From positions 1-64,000 of the forward strand of contig JBHGNT010000087.1 in NCBI GenBank assembly GCA_043228905.1: a stretch of DNA of 64,000 nucleotides, given 5' to 3'. This document shows positions 54,901 to 64,000 of this stretch, piece by piece. The notes under the pieces are model-generated. The model worked only from the letters and a program-made list of their open reading frames with translations. It did no database searches and was not told where the DNA came from. Source of the DNA: Azolla caroliniana (taxonomy: Eukaryota; Plantae; Polypodiophyta). Each line of letters opens with the position of its first letter. Position 1 is the stretch's first letter. Both the position numbers and the translations under genes were made by a program.

Positions 54901-56610
54901 CCTGAGTTTCAAAATCTTGATTTTTTAATTCCATATCATAGCTAGCGTTGTTAGCTTCGTTTCGCATGTTTGAACACAAAAATCCGATATCACACGAGCC
55001 AGGTATGAACATTTTCATTTACTCAAGGGCTCCTCTCAACTCACTATTCAAATTTGGTAATTTCGTCATGTCTCTCGACCTGAGTTTCAAAATCTTGATC
55101 TTTTAATTTCTTATCATAGCTAGCGTTGTTAGCTTCGTTTCGCATGTTTGAACACAAAAATCCGATATCACACGAGCCAGGTATGAACATTTTAATTTAC
55201 CTACTAGCTCTTCTCAACTCACTCCTCAAATTTGCTAATTTCGTCATGTCTCTCGACCTGAGTTTCAAAATCTTGATTTTTTAATTCCATATCATAGCTA
55301 GCGTTGTTAGCTTCGAATCGCATGTTTGAACACAAAAATCCGATATCACACGAGCCAGGTATGAACATTTTCATTTACTCAAGGGCTCCCCTCAACTCAC
55401 TCCTCAAATTTGCTAATTTCATCATGTCTCTCGACCTGAGTTTCAAAATCTTGATTTTTTAATTCCATATCATAGCTAGCGTTGTTAGCTTCGAATCGCA
55501 TGTTTGAACACAAAAATCCGATATCACACGAGCCAGGTATGAACATTTTTATTTACTCAAGGGCTCCTCTCAACTCACTACTCAAATTTGGTAATTTCGT
55601 CATGTCTCTCGACCTGAGATTCAAAATCTTGATTTTTTAATTCCATAACATAGCTAGCGTTGTTAGCTTCGAATCGCATGTTTGAACGCAAAAATCCGAT
55701 ATCACACGAGCCAGGTATGAACATTTTCATTTACTCAAGGGCTCCCCTCAACTCACTCCTCAAATTTGGTAATTTCGTCATGTCTCTCGACCTGAGTTTC
55801 AAAATCTAGATTTTTTAATTCCATATCGTATCTAGCATTGTTAGCTTCGTTTCGCATGTTTGAAAACAAAAATCCGATATCACACGAGCTAGGTATGAAC
55901 ATTTTCATTTACCTACTAGCTCTTCTCAACTCACTCCTCAAATTTGGTAATTTCGTCATGTCTCTCGACCTGAGTTTCAAAATCTTGATTTTTTAATTCC
56001 ATATCATAGCTAGCGTTGTTAGCTTCGAATCGCATGTTTGAACACAAAAATCCGATATCACACGAGCCAGGTATGAACATTTTCATTTACTCAAGGGCTC
56101 CTCTCAACTCACTACTGAAATTTGGTAATTTCGTCTTGTCTCTCGACCTGAGTTTCAAAATCTTCATCTTTTAATTTCATATCATAGCTAGCGTTGTTAG
56201 CTTCGTTTCGCATGTTTGAACACAAAAATCCGATATCACACGAGCTAGGTATGAACATTTTCATTTACCTACTAGGTCTTCTCAACTCACTCCTCAAATT
56301 TGGTAATTTCGTCATGTCTCTCGACCTGAGTTTCAAAATCTTGATTTTTTAATTCCATATCATAGCTAGCGTTGTTAGCTTCGAATCGCATGTTTGAACA
56401 CAAAAATCCGATATCACACGAGCCAGGTATGAACATTTTCATTTACTCAAGGGCTCCTCTCAACTCACTCCTCAAATTTGCTAATTTCGTCATGTCTCTC
56501 GACCTGAGTTTCAAAATCTTGACTTTTTAATTTCATATCATAGCTAGCGATGTTAGCTTCGTTTCGCATGTTTGAACACAAAAATCCGATATCACACGAG
56601 CCAGGTATGA
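51960..56610 (+). repeat. Tandem duplication of a 13-monomer block (2314 bp)
   Basis: TCTAGATTTT at 53491/55805, CTTGTCTCTC at 53821/56135, AATTTCTTAT at 52791/55105 and CTATTC at 52730/55044 all have offset 2314 = 13x178. Confidence 0.93.
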
Positions 56611-56669
56611 ACATTTTCATTTACCTACTAGCTCTTCTCAACTCACTACTCAAATTTGCTAATTTCGTC

Positions 56670-59600
56670 ATGTCTCTCGACCTGAGTTTCAAAATCTTGA
56701 TTTTTTAATTCCATATCATAGCTAGCGTTGTTAGCTTCGAATCGCATGTTTGAACACAAAAATCCGATATCACACGAGCCAGGTATGAACATTTTCATTT
56801 ACTCAAGGGCTCCCCTCAACTCACTCCTCAAATTTGCTAATTTCGTCATGTCTCTCGACCTGAGTTTCAAAATCTTGATTTTTTAATTCCATATCATAGC
56901 TAGCATTGTTAGCTTCGAATCGCATGTTTGAACACAAAAATCCGATATCACACGAGCCAGGTATGAACATTTTCATTTACTCAAGGGCTCCTCTCAACTC
57001 ACTACTCAAATTTGGTAATTTCGTCATGTCTCTCGACCTGAGATTCAAAATCTTGATTTTTTAATTCCATAACATAGCTAGCGTTGTTAGCTTCGAATCG
57101 CATGTTTAAACGCAAAAATCTGATATCACACGACCCAAGTATGAACATTTTAATTTACCTACTAGCTCTTCTCCACTCACTCCTCAAATTTGGTAATTTC
57201 GTCATGTCTCTCGACCTGAGTTTCAAAATCTTGATTTTTTAATTCCATATCGTATCTAGCATTGTTAGCTTCGTTTCGCATGTTTGAACACAAAAATTCG
57301 ATATCACACGGGCTAGGTATGAACATTTTCATTTACCTACTAGGTCTTCTCAACTCACTCCTCAAATTTGGTAATTTCGTCATGTCTCTCGACCTGAGTT
57401 TCAAAATCTTGATTTTTTAATTCCATATCATAGCTAGCGTTGTTAGCTTCGAATCGCATGTTTGAACACAAAAATCCGATATCACACGAGCCAGGTATGA
57501 ACATTTTCATTTACTCAAGGGCTCCTCTCAACTCACTCCTCAAATTTGCTAATTTCGTCATGTCTCTCGACCTGAGTTTCAAAATCTTGACTTTTTAATT
57601 TCATATCATAGCTAGCGATGTTAGCTTCGTTTCGCATGTTTGAACACAAAAATCCGATATCACACGAGCCAAGTATGAACATTTTAATTTACCTACTAGC
57701 TCTTCTCAACTCACTCCTCAAATTTGCTAATTTCGTCATGTCTCTCGACCTGAGTTTCAAAATCTTGATTTTTTAATTCCATATCATAGCTAGCGTTGTT
57801 AGCTTCGAATCGCATGTTTGAACACAAAAATCCGATATCACACGAGCCAGGTATGAACATTTTCATTTACTCAAGGGCTCCCCTCAACTCACTCCTCAAA
57901 TTTGCTAATTTCGTCATGTCTCTCGACCTGAGTTTCAAAATCTTGATTTTTTAATTCCATATCATAGCTAGCGTTGTTAGCTTCGAATCGCATGTTTGAA
58001 CACAAAAATCCGATATCACACGAGCCAGGTATGAACATTTTCATTTACTCAAGGGCTCCCCTCAACTCACTCCTCAAATTTGGTAATTTCGTCATGTCTC
58101 TCGACCTGAGTTTCAAAATCTTGATTTTTTAATTCCATATCGTATCTAGCATTGTTAGCTTCGTTTCGCATGTTTGAAAACAAAAATCCGATATCACACG
58201 AGCTAGGTATGAACATTTTCATTTACCTACTAGCTCTTCTCAACTCACTCCTCAAATTTGGTAATTTCGTCATGTCTCTCGACCTGAGTTTCAAAATCTT
58301 GATTTTTTAATTCCATATCATAGCTAGCGTTGTTAGCTTCGAATCGCATGTTTGAACACAAAAATCCGATATTACACGAGCCAGGTATGAACATTTTCAT
58401 TTACTCAAGGGCTCCTCTCAACTCACTCCTCAAATTTGCTAATTTCGTCATGTCTCTCGACCTGAGTTTCAAAATCTTGACTTTTTAATTTCATATCATA
58501 GCTAGCGATGTTAGCTTCGTTTCGCATGTTTGAACACAAAAATCCGATATCACACGAGCCAGGTATGAACATTTGCATTTACCTACTAGCTCTTCTCAAC
58601 TCACTCCTCAAATTTGCTAATTTCGTCATGTCTCTCGACCTGAGTTTCAAAATCTTGATTTTTTAATTCCATATCATAGCTAGCGTTGTTAGCTTCGTTT
58701 CGCATGTTTGAACACAAAAATCCGATATCACACGAGCCAGGTATGAACATTTTCATTTACTCAAGGGCTCCCCTCAACTCACTCCTCAAATTTGCTAATT
58801 TCGTCATGTCTCTCGACCTGAGTTTCAAAATCTTGATTTTTTAATTCCATATCATAGCTAGCATTGTTAGCTTCGAATCGCATGTTTGAACACAAAAATC
58901 CGATATCACACGAGCCAGGTATGAACATTTTCATTTACTCAAGGGCTCCTCTCAACTCACTACTCAAATTTGGTAATTTCGTCATGTCTCTCGACCTGAG
59001 ATTCAAAATCTTGATTTTTTAATTCCATAACATAGCTAGCGTTGTTAGCTTCGAATCGCATGTTTGAACGCAAAAATCTGATATCACACGACCCAAGTAT
59101 GAACATTTTAATTTACCTACTAGCTCTTCTCCACTCACTCCTCAAATTTGGTAATTTCGTCATGTCTCTCGACCTGAGTTTCAAAATCTTGATTTTCTAA
59201 TTCCATATCGTATCTAGCATTGTTAGCTTCGTTTCGCATGTTTGAACACAAAAATCCGATATCACACGAGCTAGGTATGAACATTTTCATTTACCTACTA
59301 GCTCTTCTCAACTCACTCCTCAAATTTGGTAATTTCGTCATGTCTCTCGACCTGAGTTTCAAAATCTTGATTTTTTAATTCCATATCATAGCTAGCGTTG
59401 TTAGCTTCGATTCGCATGTTTGAACACAAAAATCCGATATCACACGAGCCAGGTATGAACATTTTCATTTACTCAAGGGCTCCTCTCAACTCACTCCTCA
59501 AATTTGCTAATTTCGTCATGTCTCTCGACCTGAGTTTCAAAATCTTGACTTTTTAATTTCATATCATAGCTAGCGATGTTAGCTTCGTTTCGCATGTTTG

Positions 59601-61460
59601 AACACAAAAATCCGATATCACACGAGCCAAGTATGAACATTTTAATTTACCTACTAGCTCTTCTCAACTCACTCCTCAAATTTGCTAATTTCGTCATGTC
59701 TCTCGACCTGAGTTTCAAAATCTTGATTTTTTAATTCCATATCATAGCTAGCGTTGTTAGCTTCGAATCGCATGTTTGAACACAAAAATCCGATATCACA
59801 CGAGCCAGGTATGAACATTTTCATTTACTCAAGGGCTCCCCTCAACTCACTCCTCAAATTTGCTAATTTCGTCATGTCTCTCGACCTGAGTTTCAAAATC
59901 TTGATTTTTTAATTCCATATCATAGCTAGCGTTGTTAGCTTCGAATCGCATGTTTGAACACAAAAATCCGATATCACACGAGCCAGGTATGAACATTTTC
60001 ATTTACTCAAGGGCTCCCCTCAACTCACTCCTCAAATTTGGTAATTTCGTCATGTCTCTCGACCTGAGTTTCAAAATCTTGATTTTTTAATTCCATATCG
60101 TATCTAGCATTGTTAGCTTCGTTTCGCATGTTTGAAAACAAAAATCCGATATCACACGAGCTAGGTATGAACATTTTCATTTACCTACTAGCTCTTCTCA
60201 ACTCACTCCTCAAATTTGGTAATTTCGTCATGTCTCTCGACCTGAGTTTCAAAATCTTGATTTTTTAATTCCATATCATAGCTAGCGTTGTTAGCTTCGA
60301 ATCGCATGTTTGAACACAAAAATCCGATATTACACGAGCCAGGTATGAACATTTTCATTTACTCAAGGGCTCCTCTCAACTCACTCCTCAAATTTGCTAA
60401 TTTCGTCATGTCTCTCGACCTGAGTTTCAAAATCTTGACTTTTTAATTTCATATCATAGCTAGCGATGTTAGCTTCGTTTCGCATGTTTGAACACAAAAA
60501 TCCGATATCACACGAGCCAGGTATGAACATTTTCATTTACCTACTAGCTCTTCTCAACTCACTCCTCAAATTTGCTAATTTCGTCATGTCTCTCGACCTG
60601 AGTTTCAAAATCTTGATTTTTTAATTCCATATCATAGCTAGCGTTGTTAGCTTCGTTTCGCATGTTTGAACACAAAAATCCGATATCACACGAGCCAGGT
60701 ATGAACATTTTCATTTACTCAAGGGCTCCCCTCAACTCACTCCTCAAATTTGCTAATTTCGTCATGTCTCTCGACCTGAGTTTCAAAATCTTGATTTTTT
60801 AATTCCATATCATAGCTAGCATTGTTAGCTTCGAATCGCATGTTTGAACACAAAAATCCGATATCACACGAGCCAGGTATGAACATTTTCATTTACTCAA
60901 GGGCTCCTCTCAACTCACTACTCAAATTTTGGTAATTTCGTCATGTCTCTCGACCTGAGATTCAAAATCTTGATTTTTTAATTCCATAACATAGCTAGCG
61001 TTGTTAGCTTCGAATCGCATGTTTGAACGCAAAAATCTGATATCACACGACCCAAGTATGAACATTTTAATTTACCTACTAGCTCTTCTCCACTCACTCC
61101 TCAAATTTGGTAATTTCGTCATGTCTCTCGACCTGAGTTTCAAAATCTTGATTTTCTAATTCCATATCGTATCTAGCATTGTTAGCTTCGTTTCGCATGT
61201 TTGAACACAAAAATCCGATATCACACGAGCTAGGTATGAACATTTTCATTTACCTACTAGCTCTTCTCAACTCACTCCTCAAATTTGGTAATTTCGTCAT
61301 GTCTCTCGACCTGAGTTTCAAAATCTTGATTTTTTAATTCCATATCATAGCTAGCGTTGTTAGCTTCGATTCGCATGTTTGAACACAAAAATCCGATATC
61401 ACACGAGCCAGGTATGAACATTTTCATTTACTCAAGGGCTCCTCTCAACTCACTACTCAA
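56670..61460 (+). repeat. 11-monomer higher-order repeat (1958 bp), ~2.5 copies
   Basis: The AGATTC..CCATAACAT monomer occurs at 57041, 58999 and 60958. GATATTACAC occurs at 58371/60329 and GAGCCAAGT at 57671/59629. The offset is 1958 = 11x178 (1959 across a 1-bp insertion at ~60930). Confidence 0.92.
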
Positions 61461-64000
61461 ATTTGCTAATTTCGTCATGTCTCTCGACCTGAGTTTCAAA
61501 ATCTTGATTTTTTAATTCCATATCATAGCTAGCGTTGTTAGCTTCGAATCGCATGTTTGAACACAAAAATCTGATATCACACGACCCAAGTATGAACATT
61601 TTAATTTACCTACTAGCTCTTCTCAACTCACTCCTCAAATTTGGTAATTTCGTCATGTCTCTCGACCTGAGTTTCAAAATCTTGATTTTTTAATTCCATA
61701 TCGTATCTAGCATTGTTAGCTTCGTTTCGCATGTTTGAACACAAAAATTCGATATCACACGAGCTAGGTATGAACATTTTCATTTACCTACTAGCTCTTC
61801 TCAACTCACTCCTCAAATTTGGTAATTTCGTCATGTCTCTCGACCTGAGTTTCAAAATCTTGATTTTTTAATTCCATATCATAGCTAGCGTTGTTAGCTT
61901 CGAATCGCATGTTTGAACACAAAAATCCGATATCACACGAGCCAGGTATGAACATTTTCATTTACTCAAGGGCTCCTCTCAACTCACTCCTCAAATTTGC
62001 TAATTTCGTCATGTCTCTCGACCTGAGTTTCAAAATCTTGACTTTTTAATTTCATATCATAGCTAGCGATGTTAGCTTCGTTTCGCATGTTTGAACACAA
62101 AAATCCGATATCACACGAGCCAAGTATGAACATTTTAATTTACCTACTAGCTCTTCTCAACTCACTCCTCAAATTTGCTAATTTCGTCATGTCTCTCGAC
62201 CTGAGTTTCAAAATCTTGATTTTTTAATTCCATATCATAGCTAGCGTTGTTAGCTTCGAATCGCATGTTTGAACACAAAAATCCGATATCACACGAGCCA
62301 GGTATGAACATTTTCATTTACTCAAGGGCTCCCCTCAACTCACTCCTCAAATTTGCTAATTTCGTCATGTCTCTCGACCTGAGTTTCAAAATCTTGATTT
62401 TTTAATTCCATATCATAGCTAGCGTTGTTAGCTTCGAATCGCATGTTTGAACACAAAAATCCGATATCACACGAGCCAGGTATGAACATTTTCATTTACT
62501 CAAGGGCTCCCCTCAACTCACTCCTCAAATTTGGTAATTTCGTCATGTCTCTCGACCTGAGTTTCAAAATCTTGATTTTTTAATTCCATATCGTATCTAG
62601 CATTGTTAGCTTCGTTTCGCATGTTTGAAAACAAAAATCCGATATCACACGAGCTAGGTATGAACATTTTCATTTACCTACTAGCTCTTCTCAACTCACT
62701 CCTCAAATTTGGTAATTTCGTCATGTCTCTCGACCTGAGTTTCAAAATCTTGATTTTTTAATTCCATATCATAGCTAGCGTTGTTAGCTTCGAATCGCAT
62801 GTTTGAACACAAAAATCCGATATCACACGAGCCAGGTATGAACATTTTCATTTACTCAAGGGCTCCTCTCAACTCACTACTGAAATTTGGTAATTTCGTC
62901 TTGTCTCTCGACCTGAGTTTCAAAATCTTCATCTTTTAATTTCATATCATAGCTAGCGTTGTTAGCTTCGTTTCGCATGTTTGAACACAAAAATCCGATA
63001 TCACACGAGCTAGGTATGAACATTTTCATTTACCTACTAGGTCTTCTCAACTCACTCCTCAAATTTGGTAATTTCGTCATGTCTCTCGACCTGAGTTTCA
63101 AAATCTTGATTTTTTAATTCCATATCATAGCTAGCGTTGTTAGCTTCGAATCGCATGTTTGAACACAAAAATCCGATATCACACGAGCCAGGTATGAACA
63201 TTTTCATTTACTTAAGGGCTCCTCTCAACTCACTCCTCAAATTTGCTAATTTCGTCATGTCTCTCGACCTGAGTTTCAAAATCTTGACTTTTTAATTTCA
63301 TATCATAGCTAGCGATGTTAGCTTCGTTTCGCATGTTTGAACACAAAAATCCGATATCACACGAGCCAGGTATGAACATTTTCATTTACCTACTAGCTCT
63401 TCTCAACTCACTCCTCAAATTTGCTAATTTCGTCATGTCTCTCGACCTGAGTTTCAAAATCTTGATTTTTTAATTCCATATCATAGCTAGCGTTGTTAGC
63501 TTCGAATCGCATGTTTGAACACAAAAATCCGATATCACACGAGCCAGGTATGAACATTTTCATTTACTCAAGGGCTCCCCTCAACTCACTCCTCAAATTT
63601 GCTAATTTCGTCATGTCTCTCGACCTGAGTTTCAAAATCTTGATTTTTTAATTCCATATCATAGCTAGCATTGTTAGCTTCGAATCGCATGTTTGAACAC
63701 AAAAATCCGATATCACACGAGCCAGGTATGAACATTTTCATTTACTCAAGGGCTCCTCTCAACTCACTACTCAAATTTGGTAATTTCGTCATGTCTCTCG
63801 ACCTGAGATTCAAAATCTTGATTTTTTAATTCCATAACATAGCTAGCGTTGTTAGCTTCGAATCGCATGTTTAAACGCAAAAATCTGATATCACACGACC
63901 CAAGTATGAACATTTTAATTTACCTACTAGCTCTTCTCCACTCACTCCTCAAATTTGGTAATTTCGTCATGTCTCTCGACCTGAGTTTCAAAATCTTGAT

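Larger units (their letters stand above)
1..64000 (+). repeat. Tandem satellite DNA array, 178-bp monomer, ~360 copies, single orientation; probable (peri)centromeric satellite
   Basis: The motif CATGTCTCTCGACCTGAGTTTCAAAATC recurs at 1, 179, 358, 536, 714 and onward to ~63968. Spacing is 178 bp apart from rare indel variants (+1, +10, -63, -1). No non-repeat sequence or inverted segment seen. The centromeric role is inferred from monomer size and organisation only. Confidence 0.99.

Noticed and set aside
1-64000. CRISPR array or repeat-spacer system
   Set aside because: There are no unique spacers; the whole 178 bp is repeated. The variable positions have only a few recurring alleles, and no cas or other genes are present.
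1-64000. 5S rDNA, tRNA or snRNA tandem array; telomeric repeats; embedded retrotransposon or inversion
   Set aside because: I recognised no RNA-gene motifs, saw no TTTAGGG/TTAGGG tracts, and found no break in monomer phase or orientation other than the small indels listed.

Overview
The whole 64 kb window is one uninterrupted head-to-tail tandem satellite array with a 178-bp monomer (about 360 copies), all in one orientation. I see no genes, transposons, RNA genes or unique sequence. The monomer length, homogeneity and block-duplication pattern resemble a eukaryotic (peri)centromeric satellite. Frequent C>T/G>A variants at both CG and CHG sites point to a plant, but I cannot name the family or species, and the sequence does not resemble Arabidopsis CEN178 as I recall it. 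The information lies in the variant structure. (i) Nearly every monomer carries one of two discrete states of one short block (TTTACTCAAGGGCTCC vs TTTACCTACTAGCTCT), often alternating. (ii) Local higher-order repeats and block duplications occur at offsets of 3, 5, 8, 9, 11, 12, 13, 15, 16, 17, 22 and 25 monomers. (iii) A 63-bp microhomology-flanked deletion and a 10-bp duplication have been amplified. (iv) Rare, more divergent monomers at 28-36 kb look intermediate between the two main classes. (v) Diagnostic variants turn over from region to region along the array. The five 68-aa ORFs are by-products of the divergent monomer. All counts and offsets were read by eye, and block boundaries are approximate.
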